A stretch of DNA of 64,000 nucleotides from an uncultured bacterium (GTDB taxonomy: Bacteria > Verrucomicrobiota > Verrucomicrobiia > Limisphaerales > UBA8199), in contig CAVVMW010000006.1 of the NCBI GenBank assembly GCA_963749495.1, forward strand, positions 1 through 64,000. Direction: 5' to 3'. A program made the translations under genes and the position numbers. The notes beneath the pieces were generated by a model that saw only the letters and a program-made list of their open reading frames with translations, did no database searches and was not told the origin of the DNA. Shown in pieces: positions 38,068-49,028 of this stretch. How positions within the stretch are numbered: the first letter of the stretch is position 1; each line of letters starts with the position of its first letter.

Positions 38068-40044
38068 ATGAAATTCCAAACCCAACCTGCAAGACTCGTT
38101 TCCCTATCCATGCTGGTATTGGCGCTCGCAAGCGGGGCGAGCCTGCTGCTGACGGGGTGCAACCGCAGCCAAACCAGTGCGGCAACCGGAGAGGCGACGA
38201 AGGAAAAGACCCTTTACACTTGCGGGATGCACCCCCGGGTCGTGCAGGACAAACCAGGCAACTGCCCGATTTGCGGGATGAGGCTCACAGCCATTCGCAA
38301 GCAGGCCGGCGCCTCGAGCGCCGCAGCGGCACCGTCCGGTGAGCGCAAAATCAAGTACTACAAATCCACCATGGCCCCAGGCGAAGTGCGACCAACGCCT
38401 GGTAAAGACAGCATGGGCATGGACATGGTGGCGGTGTATGAGGAGGAAGCTGCCGCGGCAGAATCATCCGCCATCGCGATTGACCCGGTAACCACGCAGA
38501 ACATGGGTATCCGGACCACCAATGTCACCCGCGGGCCGTTGCAACGGACCATCCGCACCGTTGGCACCATTGATTACAACGAGACGGCACTGGCTGACGT
38601 GACCACGAAATTCAAGGGCTGGATCGAGAAGCTCTACGTCGATGCCACAGGCCAGCAGGTGCATCGCGGCGACCCTTTGTTCGAAGTTTATTCGCCCGAG
38701 CTTTACAGCGCCCAGCGGGAGTATTTGCTGACGCTGGAGCAAGGAACCAATGCGAGCGGCGGGTCTGCGCTCAAGACCAGCGCCCGGACCAAGCTGAAAT
38801 TCTTCGATATTTCGGACGAGCAAATCGCCGAGCTGGAAAAGACCGGACAACCCCGGAAGACGCTGCGCATCCAGGCCCCGATCGACGGCTTCGTGATCGA
38901 TAAGATGGTGGTCGCGGGTCAGATGGTGGATCCGGGAATGAAGATGTACCGCCTGGGGGACCTTGGGCTCGTTTGGGTGCACGCGCAAGTCTATGAACAG
39001 GACCTCGCCTACATCAAATTGGGTCAGGAGGCGACCGTCACGCTCTCCTACCTGTCCGACCGCGAGTTTCGTGGGCGGGTGACCTACATCTATCCGAACG
39101 TGGATGAGAAGACGCGCACCGCCCAAGTGAGAATGGAGTTTCACAACCCCGGGTTCTTCCTGAAGCCGGGCATGTTCGCCACGGTCCAAGTGATCTCGGA
39201 ATTGGAGCCTTCGGCGCTCCTGATACCCGACATGGCCATCTTGCGCAGCGGGGAAAAGAACACCGTTTTCGTCGCTTTGGATGGCGGTACATTCGAGCCC
39301 CGCTCGGTCACGCTCGGTCCACAAGCCGAGAACGACACCTATCAGGTCCTCAGCGGGCTGAAGGAGGGCGAGCACATCGTCACGTCCGGCCAATTCATGC
39401 TCGACTCGGAAAGCCAGCTCCGCGAAGCCATCCAGAAAATGCTCCAGCCCAAAAAGCCCGGAGCAGAACCAACTGCCGCTCAAGGCTCCACCGGGACAAC
39501 CATGCATGCGATGGATCATGAAGCGGTGGCCACCACCGCCTCGTCCGGGGAGGCCGCCGTCCTGAAATACATCTGCCCGATGCCCGAGCACGTATCCATC
39601 GAATACGATCATCCTGGGAAATGCCCCATCTGCGGCATGACGCTCGTGCCCGTGTCCGGCGCCACGCTGAAGAAACTGCAGCCGGGCGGAAAGCTGCTTT
39701 ACTACACATGCCCCATGCCCGAACACAGCGAAGTTCACGAGACCAAACCGGGCAAGTGCCCCAAGTGCGGCATGACGCTTATTCCAGTGATGGAAGCGGC
39801 GCCGGTTCCCGAACCGCAGGCCGGTTCTGCAGCCATCCCCTCCACGCTCTACACCTGCCCGATGGAAGTCCACGCCGACGTCGTGTCTGACCAGCCTGGC
39901 AAATGCCCCAAGTGCGGGATGGACCTCGTGCCGACCAGCACCGTGCCGCATGGCAAAATCTCGGAGGAAACCTGGCGCAAGCAGCACTCCACAGGCTCTG
40001 GCGCCCGGGCCGTCAGTGGGCCTGAACATCAACACCAACCCTAA
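38068..40044 (+). CDS. cusB: CusB-like RND adaptor with four heavy-metal-binding domains
   Basis: YTCGMHP...PGNCPICGM, GKDSMGMDM, GWIEKL, YSPEL, SGQFMLDSES, and three C-terminal YxCPM..H...PGKCPxCGM. Confidence 0.92.
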   Translation: MKFQTQPARLVSLSMLVLALASGASLLLTGCNRSQTSAATGEATKEKTLYTCGMHPRVVQDKPGNCPICGMRLTAIRKQAGASSAAAAPSGERKIKYYKSTMAPGEVRPTPGKDSMGMDMVAVYEEEAAAAESSAIAIDPVTTQNMGIRTTNVTRGPLQRTIRTVGTIDYNETALADVTTKFKGWIEKLYVDATGQQVHRGDPLFEVYSPELYSAQREYLLTLEQGTNASGGSALKTSARTKLKFFDISDEQIAELEKTGQPRKTLRIQAPIDGFVIDKMVVAGQMVDPGMKMYRLGDLGLVWVHAQVYEQDLAYIKLGQEATVTLSYLSDREFRGRVTYIYPNVDEKTRTAQVRMEFHNPGFFLKPGMFATVQVISELEPSALLIPDMAILRSGEKNTVFVALDGGTFEPRSVTLGPQAENDTYQVLSGLKEGEHIVTSGQFMLDSESQLREAIQKMLQPKKPGAEPTAAQGSTGTTMHAMDHEAVATTASSGEAAVLKYICPMPEHVSIEYDHPGKCPICGMTLVPVSGATLKKLQPGGKLLYYTCPMPEHSEVHETKPGKCPKCGMTLIPVMEAAPVPEPQAGSAAIPSTLYTCPMEVHADVVSDQPGKCPKCGMDLVPTSTVPHGKISEETWRKQHSTGSGARAVSGPEHQHQP

Positions 40045-40295
40045 AGCTTATTGTACTCCTCATGCGTACCAATCCAGATCCAGCGGAACCTGTCGGGCGC
40101 GATGAACACGCCTGTCGCCCGATAGTGAAGCCCTACGCGAACGGACCAAAGCTGCCGCTTAAACGGCTTGAAATGCAGCGACGGATGCTGCGGGTCAGCA
40201 AGCCAGAGCCGGTAATTCTTTTCGGCCAACCGCTGCACTTCTGTTGGCAGCCGATAGAAGCGCTCCCGGAATTCCGGCGAGGTCGTCGATCTCAT
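40041..40295 (-). CDS. ParE/RelE-like toxin
   Basis: LWLADPQHPSLHFK...WSVRVGLHYRA...WIWIGTHEEY. Confidence 0.85.
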   Translation of the reverse strand: MRSTTSPEFRERFYRLPTEVQRLAEKNYRLWLADPQHPSLHFKPFKRQLWSVRVGLHYRATGVFIAPDRFRWIWIGTHEEYNKL

Positions 40296-40506
40296 TCCCG
40301 GGGTCGCGGAAACTCCCGACTGTTTTCTCTCGCTCGCAACGCTCGGCTTCTTGGATCATCCAGTCCAGCTTGCCCGCCTGTGCGTCCGCCCGCATCTGCT
40401 TGTCCCACTCATCGTCGGGCAGCGGGTTCAGCAGTGCGTTCAGTTCACAGCGTTCCTGGAACGAGAGCTTATCGATCTCGGCCTTGATTTCTTCGACTTT
40501 CGTCAT
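40195..40506 (-). CDS. Cognate antitoxin (true stop probably near 40292)
   Basis: MTKVEEIKAEIDKLS...WDKQMRADAQAGKLD, immediately upstream of the toxin. Confidence 0.75.
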   Translation of the reverse strand: MTKVEEIKAEIDKLSFQERCELNALLNPLPDDEWDKQMRADAQAGKLDWMIQEAERCEREKTVGSFRDPGNEIDDLAGIPGALLSAANRSAAVGRKELPALAC

Positions 40507-40605
40507 GCAACACACCATAGCTTCCCGACTGCTGGCGGTCAACGTTCCAATCCATCAATCCAATTCTCCATCATTCCATCACTCCATCACTCCACGCGGC
40601 TCACT

Positions 40606-43600
40606 ATGCTCCAACGCATTATAGATTTTTCGCTCAAGAACAAGTTCATCGTCCTGCTGGGGACGATCGCGCTAGTGTTCGGTGGAGTTTACGCGCTCAA
40701 GAACATCCCTTTGGACGCCATCCCCGACCTCTCGGACGTGCAGGTTATCGTTTATACCGAGTGGCCGGGCCAGGCGCCACAAATCGTCCAGGACCAAGTT
40801 ACGTATCCGCTCACCACCAAGATGCTCTCGGTGCCCAAGGCGAAAGTCGTGCGCGGCTACTCGTTCTACGGCTTTTCGTTCGTGTACGTGATTTTCGAGG
40901 ATGGCACCGACCCTTATTGGGCCCGCAGCCGCGTGCTCGAATACCTCAGCGGTTTGAGCGGGCGCCTGCCTGCCGGGGTGACGCCCAGCCTCGGCCCCGA
41001 CGCCACCGGAGTCGGCTGGGCGTTCATGTATTCCATCAATTCCACCAACCGCGATCTCGCTGAGCTTCGCTCGATGCAGGATTGGTATCTGCGCTACCAA
41101 TTGGCCTCGGTGGAAGGCGTCTCCGAAGTTGCCTCGGTCGGCGGCTTCGTCAAGCAATACCAGGTCACCGTGGACCCGACCAAGCTGCGCGCCTACCACC
41201 TGTCCATCTCCGAAGTTGCCATGGCGCTCAAGCGCAGCAACGGTGAGGTGGGTGGACGCTCCATCGAGCTGTCGGAAAAGGAATTCATCCTCCGCGTCCT
41301 TGGCTACGTCCAGAAGCTCGAAGACCTGCGTAAAGTAGCCGTGGGCGTTGGCGACAAAGGAGTGCCGATTCTCCTCGGCCAGGTCGCCAACGTCGAGCTT
41401 GGCCCGGACATGCGGCGTGGCATTGCCGAACTCAATGGGGAAGGCGAGACCGTCGGGGGTGTGGTCGTCGTCCGTTACGGGGCCAACGCCCGGCAAGTCA
41501 TTCTCGATGTAAAGCAGCGGCTGGATCAGGCCATGAAGGGCCTGCCGGCGGATGTGAAATACAGCATCGCGTACGACCGCAGCGCGCTCATCAACCGGGC
41601 GGTCAAGACCCTCGAAGAGAAGCTCATCGAGGAAAGCATCGTGGTGGCCCTGGTCTGCATCGCCTTCCTCATGCACCTGCGCAGCGCCTTAGTGGCCATC
41701 CTGATTTTACCCATCGCCGTGCTCATGTCCTTCCTCGTCATGTTCGGCCAGGGCATCAGCTCCAACATCATGTCGTTGGGCGGCATTGCCATCGCCATCG
41801 GCGCCATGGTGGATGCCGCCATCATCATGATCGAAAACGCCCATAAGCATATGGAGCGTGACCAGGGCAAGAAACCCCACTGGGACATCATCCGCGACGC
41901 CGCTGTCGAAGTCGGTCCGACCCTGTTCTACTCTTTGCTCGTCATTACCGTCTCTTTCCTCCCGGTCTTCAGCCTCCAGGCCCAGGAAGGCCGCTCTTCA
42001 AACCGCTGGCCTTCACCAAGACTTATTCCATGGGTGCCGCGGCGCTGCTCTCCATCACGCTGGCGCCGGTCCTGATGGGCTTCTTCATCCGTGGCAAGAT
42101 TCCGCCAGAAGAAAAGAACCCCCTCAACCGCCTGCTCGTCTGGCTCTACCATCCGATGATTGATTACGTCATCAAATGGCGCTGGCCGGTCGTCTTCACC
42201 GCCGCGGCACTGATCGTTTGGGTATTCTTCCCCTGGAACACTCTGACCGCGCGCCTGTTGCCCGACGGCCACCTCAAGCAATGGGCCTTCAAGGCCGGGA
42301 AGTTCTTTCCCTACCAGAACCTCGGCCACGAATTCATGCCGCCGCTCTACGAAGGCGACTTCCTCTACATGCCCACCACCTTCCCGGGCATGTCGCCCAC
42401 CAAGGCGCGCGAGATTCTCCAGACCACCGACAAGATCATCCGCCGTTTCCCCGAAGTTCATCATGTCTTCGGCAAAATCGGCCGCGCCGAGACCGCCACC
42501 GATCCTGCTCCCATGGACATGATCGAGACCACCATCATGCTCAAGCCCGAAGAAGAATGGCCGGTGGTGGACATCAAAGACGAGGCCGGCAAGGTCATCG
42601 CTCAGCGCCGCCGCACACCCGCCGAACTCAGTGACGCCATGGACGCCGCCGTGAAAATTCCCGGCCTCAACAACGCCTGGACCATGCCCATTAGCACCCG
42701 CATCAACATGCTCGCCACTGGCATCAAGACCCCCGTCGGCATCAAGGTCGCCGGGCCGGACCTCGGCGAACTGGAGCGCGTGGCCTCGGAGATCGAGGCT
42801 GTGGTAAAAGCCGTGCCGGGCACCCTCAGCGCGTTTGCCGAGAGGACTATGGGCGGCAATTACATCCAGTTCAACATCGACCGCGATGCCATCGCCCGCT
42901 ATGGCCTGACCGTGGGCGACGTGCAAGACGTGCTCGAGGTCGCCCTGGGCGGTATGCCCTTGACCACCACGGTCGAGGGCCTCGAACGTTATGCCATCAA
43001 TCTCCGCTACAGCCGCGATTTTCGGGAGAACCTTGGCGCCCTGCGCGAGATCGTCGTGCCCACTCCCACCGGGGCCCAGATCCCTCTGGGCCAACTGGCT
43101 AAAATCGAGACCGTGCATGCCCCGATGGGAATCAAGAGCGAGGGCGCGATCCCCAACGCCTGGATTTACGTGGATGTCAAAGGCATCAACATCGGCACTT
43201 ACGTCCAAATGGCCATGCGCGCCGTGAACGAGGCCACCGCCAAAGGCACGATCAACCTGCCCAGCGGTTACAATATCTTCTGGAGCGGCAAGTACGAATA
43301 CATGCTTCGTGCCAACCAGCGCCTGATGATCGCCGTGCCGCTCACGCTTTTGCTCATTATCCTGATCATTTATCTGAACACACGTTCGGCCATAAAGACG
43401 GCCATCGTTTTGCTGGCCGTGCCGTTCTCGCTGGTGGGGGCCATCGGCATCCTCGCACTCCTCCATTACAACTTAAGCGTGGCGGTGTGGGTCGGCATCA
43501 TCGCCTTGGCCGGCCTGGACGCCGAGACGGGCGTGGTCATGCTCCTTTACCTTGACCTTGCCTTCGACGATTGGAAGCAGAAGGGTCTCATGCGCAACGT

Positions 43601-43895
43601 GGCCGACCTCCGCGACGCCATCTATCACGGCGCAGTCAAGCGCGTTCGCCCCAAAGCGATGACCGCCTGCGTCATCATCGCCGGCCTGGCGCCAATCCTC
43701 TGGAGCCACGGCACCGGCGCTGACGTCATGAAACGCATCGCCACCCCCATGGTCGGCGGCGTCGTCACCTCCACCATCATGGAACTGCTGGTCTATCCCG
43801 CCATCTACTACCTGTGGCGCTCACACAGTCTCAAGGGCTTGCCCCCAACCGGGATCGCTGTTGTCCAGCCGGCTCTGAACCCGCTCGAAACATGA
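40606..43895 (+). CDS. cusA: CusA/CzcA heavy-metal efflux RND permease; frameshift near 41990
   Basis: LDAIPDLSDVQVI, LGPDATGVGW, AIGAMVDAAIIMIEN, EFMPPLYEG, RVRPKAMT, MKRIATPMVGG. Confidence 0.95.
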
Positions 43896-44131
43896 GCATG
43901 GAAGACCTTTTCGGATACGAGGATTCATGGGATACCTGCATCGTCTGCGGCAAGGCACTCCGCCCGGGCGAAGCTCTGGCGAACATGCCTCAGGGTGAAA
44001 GCAAGTTGCCCATCTGTTGCCCGCTCTGCCTCGAAGCCTACCAGAAGGACCCGCAGCCATACCTGGAGCGTTTCGCCAAGCGCGCCCTGCTCCGGCAATT
44101 GCGCAATCCGGAGAAGCCTCCGAGCCACTGA
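43892..44131 (+). CDS. Small YHS/TRASH-like metal-binding protein
   Basis: CIVCG...CCPLCLEAYQKDPQPY; ATGA overlap with cusA. Confidence 0.75.
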   Translation: MSMEDLFGYEDSWDTCIVCGKALRPGEALANMPQGESKLPICCPLCLEAYQKDPQPYLERFAKRALLRQLRNPEKPPSH

Positions 44132-44220
44132 GCCCCTGGTGGCAGTCCTTCGTCTTCGTGTGCCTGCACCTTAGCCGCTGGCGGCGGCGGCGAGCACTTC
44201 GCGCCACCCGGTCCCCCGCC

Positions 44221-45468
44221 TCACCGGAGCAACCACGCTCCGGCGCCAGCCGCCAGCAAGACAATCAGCCACGGAGGCGCTTTCCACCACTGCAAGAACC
44301 CAAACGCGACTATTGCCGCCGCCACATCCCTCGCGCCCCTCACTCCCTCCGTCCACACGGGGCTGTAGAGCGCTGCCAGCAACACCCCAACCACCGCCGC
44401 GTTTGCCCCCCGCAGAACCGCCTGCGCCCACGTCTTCCCCCGGAACTGGTTCCAAAACGGCAGCGCGCCGCCAATCAGCAGCCACGCGGGAAGAAAAACC
44501 GCCAGCAGGCACCAGAGACCCATCATCCACCCCCCCGGCCCCGGCTGTATCACCGTCCCGAGATAAGCCGCAAACGTGAAGAGCGGCCCAGGCACCGCCT
44601 GCGCCGCGCCATAGCCGGCTAGAAACGCGTCGTCGCTTACCCAGCCTTTCGGAACCACCTCAGCCCTCAGCAACGGCAACACCACGTGCCCACCACCGAA
44701 CACCAGCGAACCCGCGCGATAAAAACTCTCGAAAACCGCGATGCTCCTTCGCCCGGTCACCGACGCCAGGGCCGGCAGCATAACCAGCAGCAAAAAGAAA
44801 ATCCCCAAAACCATCGCTGCCAGGACGTGGCTTCGCCAGTTCCCGCCCACCGGTCTTTCCACCACCTCGATTCCCTTACGATACAGCCACCACCCGATCA
44901 CGCCCCCGCCCGCTATAACACCGATCTGCGCCGCCGCACCCGGCAACACCAGCAAAACCGCCGCCGCACCCACCCCGATCGTCAGCCTGGTCCGGTCGGG
45001 GCAAAGATTGCGCCCCATCCCCCACACCGCCTGCGCTACCACCGCCACCGCCGCCAGCTTGAGCCCATGCAACCATCCCGCGCGGTGCAAGCCCCCCAGC
45101 GCGGCCACCCCATACCCCAACAGAATCATCAGCGCCGCAGACGGCAGCGTGAAGCAAAGCGAAGCCACGATGGCCCCGGCCAGCTTCGCTCGCTGCATCC
45201 CCAGCGCAAAAACCACCTGGCTGCTCGCCGGCCCGGGCAGAAACTGGCAGAGCGCTAATAGGTCGCCATAGGCCCCGTCGTCCAACCATCGCCGCCTGCG
45301 GACAAATTCCTCCCGAAAATAACTCAGATGCGCCATCGGACCCCCGAACGAGATGAAGCCCAGCTTCAGGAACGCGCTAAATACCTCGGCCAACTTGCGC
45401 CCCCTCGACTGCTCACCCCCGCCTCCTGACTCCAAACGCCCATCAATCGCTCCATCCATATCTGGCAA
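44221..45468 (-). CDS. chrA: Chromate efflux transporter
   Basis: FLKLGFISFGGPMAH, CQFLPGPASSQ, GSLVFGGGHVVLP, AQAVPGPLF. Confidence 0.95.
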   Translation of the reverse strand: MPDMDGAIDGRLESGGGGEQSRGRKLAEVFSAFLKLGFISFGGPMAHLSYFREEFVRRRRWLDDGAYGDLLALCQFLPGPASSQVVFALGMQRAKLAGAIVASLCFTLPSAALMILLGYGVAALGGLHRAGWLHGLKLAAVAVVAQAVWGMGRNLCPDRTRLTIGVGAAAVLLVLPGAAAQIGVIAGGGVIGWWLYRKGIEVVERPVGGNWRSHVLAAMVLGIFFLLLVMLPALASVTGRRSIAVFESFYRAGSLVFGGGHVVLPLLRAEVVPKGWVSDDAFLAGYGAAQAVPGPLFTFAAYLGTVIQPGPGGWMMGLWCLLAVFLPAWLLIGGALPFWNQFRGKTWAQAVLRGANAAVVGVLLAALYSPVWTEGVRGARDVAAAIVAFGFLQWWKAPPWLIVLLAAGAGAWLLR

Positions 45469-45480
45469 GCGCCCGCCCGG

Positions 45481-46002
45481 TCACGGTGCCCGCGGCGGCA
45501 GCACCAGGATCTGGCCGAACATTGCATTCGGGTGAAGTGAACACACGAAGCTATACAGCCCTTCCTCGTGAAAAGTGAATAGGTAAGCAGTCTCCTTCAG
45601 CGGAGGCAGGGCCGAGTTCATCAAGACTTGCGAGCGCGGACTGATGAGCATGAAGGCGTGATTGTCGTCAGGCTGAAGATTCCAGAAGCGAATCTTTGTT
45701 GGCTCCTCCCGATGCACCGCAAAGAAGTTTGGCGAGAACGCATACACCTCCCCGAACTTCTCCACCGTCTCCTTCGGTCCCGTCTCCTTAACCGCCACCC
45801 GGTGCGTCTGCACCAGAATGTTCGCGGAAACCACACCGTTCGTAGCCACGCTCACGACCCGCGACGCCTCCGCGTTGGGTAGATAGAATGATTCTGGATT
45901 TAGTTCCTGGGGCAAGTTCCCCATCATTTCTGGCCTGCTGCTCGTGCAGCCGCTCAGGGCTGCCACCCCAAGAACTGTTGCGATGACAAAGCTGAATTTC
46001 AT
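45481..46002 (-). CDS. Cupredoxin-domain lipoprotein
   Basis: Lipobox LSGC; DNHAF and CSLHPNAM type-1 copper ligand pattern. Confidence 0.82.
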   Translation of the reverse strand: MKFSFVIATVLGVAALSGCTSSRPEMMGNLPQELNPESFYLPNAEASRVVSVATNGVVSANILVQTHRVAVKETGPKETVEKFGEVYAFSPNFFAVHREEPTKIRFWNLQPDDNHAFMLISPRSQVLMNSALPPLKETAYLFTFHEEGLYSFVCSLHPNAMFGQILVLPPRAP

Positions 46003-46505
46003 GTGTTTGTGTTTTTCTCCTCTCGATTGGTCCCTCCCCTCCTCCCGAGTCTGGCGTCCACCGACCACGCGCCCGCACCGACGAGCAGCAGGAAGAGCAG
46101 GCCCAGCAGCATTGAAAAGTCCGTGCGCGCCTCGTGCATCATGCTCAGAAAACCGTAGCGCGGCAGCTTCGCCAGCGCGAAACCCCAAAACCCGTGGCCC
46201 AGCAGCATCGGGATCTTCGTCGAAACAATGGCCGTCGATATATTGATGATGAGTGGAATCGCCGCCAGCCGTGTCAGCAGCCCGAGGATCAACAGCCCGC
46301 CGCAGACGATTTCAACGACCCCGACAAGCGGCCCCATCACTTCCGGCGCCGGAATCCCGATCTTGATGAAACGCCCGACGCCCAGTTCGTCGGGATAAAG
46401 GAACTTCTGAACGCCCTCGGTCAAAAACCCCACACCCACCATCACCCGGATAAGCAGCACCGACGCTGGCGCCCGGGTTTCATTGAAGCGGTTGATGAGG
46501 TTCAT
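45999..46505 (-). CDS. DoxX family membrane protein
   Basis: LIRVMVGVGFLTEGVQKF, LGLLTRLAA, GAGAWSVD. Confidence 0.9.
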   Translation of the reverse strand: MNLINRFNETRAPASVLLIRVMVGVGFLTEGVQKFLYPDELGVGRFIKIGIPAPEVMGPLVGVVEIVCGGLLILGLLTRLAAIPLIINISTAIVSTKIPMLLGHGFWGFALAKLPRYGFLSMMHEARTDFSMLLGLLFLLLVGAGAWSVDARLGRRGGTNREEKNTNT

Positions 46506-46551
46506 AAATCCTGTTTCTCCAGGTAACAAAGGCGCCATCTCCGCAGGCGTT

Positions 46552-47955
46552 TCATCTGCTTGGGTTAGAGCTTTGTGCTTCAGGCGAATTGCCAGCCGCC
46601 CGACTCAAGCCATACTGCGCTTTGTTGTATTCTGCGAGCGCTGCGACATAATCCGACCGCGCCTGGTTCAGGTCCTGCTGGGCCTGGATGTCTTCCAACA
46701 CCACCCCCACCCCGAATTGTTTGCGCTCGCGCGTGAGGCGAAGGGTCTCGCCAGCCGTCTTCAGATTATGTTTCGCCAGCTCGATTTGACCGGCCAACGA
46801 CTGGACCCGGGCCAGGCTGGCTACCACTTGGGAAATGATGATGTCCTTGAGCCGGGAATCACTTAGCCGGGCAGCCGCAAGCCGCGCTTTGCTCGCGTTG
46901 ACGCGGCCGGAATCAAACAGGCCGCCCGGACCGATTCTCCAACTCACGCCCACGGCGTAATCTCCTTCCGCGCCGAGGTTGCTCGGGCCACTGTCCGGGC
47001 CGCCGCCCAGACCGCCGCCAAAGACCTGCGCGCCCACGGACGGAATCAACGGGCCATAGACGGCGCCGTTTTTCCCTGCACGCGCGGCGGAGATGAAGGC
47101 CTGGCTTTGCTTCAGTTCCGGGCGTGAGGTCATGGCCTGCACGACTAGCCTATCCAGAGAACTATTGGTCTCATAGAGCGTAAGGGGCAATAGTTCGGTC
47201 TCCTCCGGAATCAATTCGACCCTCGAATCCAAGTGGAGCAACTGCGCCAGATTGGCCGCGGCCACCCGTTGCTGTTCAAGCGTCTGGCGCAGAGCGATCT
47301 CATAGTGTTCCGTTTGAGATTGGACGCGCAATTCATCGCCTTTGAACGCGATGCCGGCCAGCACCGCCACGTGCAGTTGCTGTTGATAATCCTGCGAGGT
47401 CGCCAGGGCCTGCCTGACCACCTCGACCAGGGCCTTGGCTTTCGCGAGATCAAAGTATCCCAGTGCGGCGCTCAGAGTGGAGTCCTGTCGCTGGGTTTCC
47501 AACCCTTGATCTGAGGCCTTGAGTAATTGCTTCGCGGCGAGTGAATTATAGATCGCGTCTCCCAGGGCCATTTGAGCGGCGAGTGCGGCGCCTGGGGAAT
47601 ATGACTGAAAGTGTGCATCGGAGATAACCCCCGAGGGAACCGCCTGGGCCACTCCATCCCTGCGGTGATCGGTCACGCCGGGGGCAACCCAGGGGAAGAA
47701 CCGCTCCAAGGCACTCTGGCGGTTGGCTAGGGCTTCATTGAGGTGCTCGCGCGCGATCTGGATGTCGAGGTTTTGTGCGCCGGCCAGACGGAGGGTGGTC
47801 GGCAGGTCAATGGGATAGATCAGGTTCGTTCCGGTTGCAGACACAGAATTGGCCAGCCCCGTTGAGGTGCTCTCACCCGCCTGCCCCGAAAGCGCGAGCG
47901 CGGTGCTGAACATCGTGGCGGTCCAAAATCGAACATCCCCAATGGAACTTCTCAC
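46552..47955 (-). CDS. TolC-family outer-membrane factor
   Basis: LAGAQNLDIQIARE, YFDL, RPEL, helical repeats; follows the MFP gene. Confidence 0.88.
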   Translation of the reverse strand: MRSSIGDVRFWTATMFSTALALSGQAGESTSTGLANSVSATGTNLIYPIDLPTTLRLAGAQNLDIQIAREHLNEALANRQSALERFFPWVAPGVTDHRRDGVAQAVPSGVISDAHFQSYSPGAALAAQMALGDAIYNSLAAKQLLKASDQGLETQRQDSTLSAALGYFDLAKAKALVEVVRQALATSQDYQQQLHVAVLAGIAFKGDELRVQSQTEHYEIALRQTLEQQRVAAANLAQLLHLDSRVELIPEETELLPLTLYETNSSLDRLVVQAMTSRPELKQSQAFISAARAGKNGAVYGPLIPSVGAQVFGGGLGGGPDSGPSNLGAEGDYAVGVSWRIGPGGLFDSGRVNASKARLAAARLSDSRLKDIIISQVVASLARVQSLAGQIELAKHNLKTAGETLRLTRERKQFGVGVVLEDIQAQQDLNQARSDYVAALAEYNKAQYGLSRAAGNSPEAQSSNPSR

Positions 47956-49028
47956 TTGGCCTCCACAGGGTTGATGGGTTGACCATCATTAAGCGTTTGT
48001 TTGCCCATGAGGATTACCATTTGGTCAGGGTTGATCCCGCCGTTGATCTCAACGTTGGCGCCATCGTTGAAGCCGGTTTGAACCGGAGTTTTTTTTGCCT
48101 TCCCTCCAGCTACCGTGAACACGGAGGTGCCCGCCTTTTCCACCAGGAGACCTTGCACGGGCACCAGCAGCGCATCCTTCTTCCTCTCGACTTCCAACTG
48201 CACGCTGGCGTAGGCGCCGGGCCGGAGTTCGCCATTCGGGTTGGGGATTTCGATTTCTGTGAGCATGGTTTTGGTAGCCGGGTCCAGTGCATGGGCAAAA
48301 CGGGTGACGGAGCCCGGGAAAGTCCGTCCCGGGAACTCTTCCACCATCACCTTGACCGGCACCCCGTTGCTGACGAACGGGACTTCCGGCTCAGGAACGA
48401 ATACCTGCACGCGCACCCGGCTGTAGTCCATGAGAGTGAGCAGGGCGGCGGTTTGGGGCGTGCTGCCGGTCGTAGCGGCCGGAATGAACGCCCCCGGGTC
48501 CACTAACCGCGCGGTGATCGTGCCGGAAAAAGGGGCCACAATCCGGGAATATTGTAACAGGGTGCGGGTCCGCTGGAGTTTGGCTTGGGCAACCTCCAGT
48601 TGGCCGCGCAGGTCATCCACCGTTTGGGGCACTACCAGGTCCGGCGCCTTTTGGCGCGCTTCGGCCATGCGTACGTAGTTGGTCCGCGCCACCTCTGACT
48701 CCGCCTTGTATTGGGCTTCGTCGGCCAGCAGTTCGGGCACTTCGATCTGGGCCAGCAATTGTCCCTCTTTGACCGCGTCACCCTTATCTACCGTGAGCGT
48801 TTTCAAATAGCCTGATACCTTGGCGTATAGCGTAGCCTCCTGTAATGCCAGAACCCGGAAAGTTGGCAGCGTGATGCTGCGGGCAATCTCGCCGCGTTTC
48901 GGCAGAACCGTTTGCAGGGTGACTGCTGCCGAAGCCCGTTGAGGCGCTTCGGCAGTCGAAGGGCGGCACCCGCAAAGCGTGGCTAACGCAAGGCAGCCCG
49001 CGGCCAAACAAAAAGGTCGGATTCGCAT
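47952..49028 (-). CDS. RND membrane fusion protein
   Basis: Lipobox [37 protein letters not shown]. Confidence 0.92.
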   Translation of the reverse strand: MRIRPFCLAAGCLALATLCGCRPSTAEAPQRASAAVTLQTVLPKRGEIARSITLPTFRVLALQEATLYAKVSGYLKTLTVDKGDAVKEGQLLAQIEVPELLADEAQYKAESEVARTNYVRMAEARQKAPDLVVPQTVDDLRGQLEVAQAKLQRTRTLLQYSRIVAPFSGTITARLVDPGAFIPAATTGSTPQTAALLTLMDYSRVRVQVFVPEPEVPFVSNGVPVKVMVEEFPGRTFPGSVTRFAHALDPATKTMLTEIEIPNPNGELRPGAYASVQLEVERKKDALLVPVQGLLVEKAGTSVFTVAGGKAKKTPVQTGFNDGANVEINGGINPDQMVILMGKQTLNDGQPINPVEAK

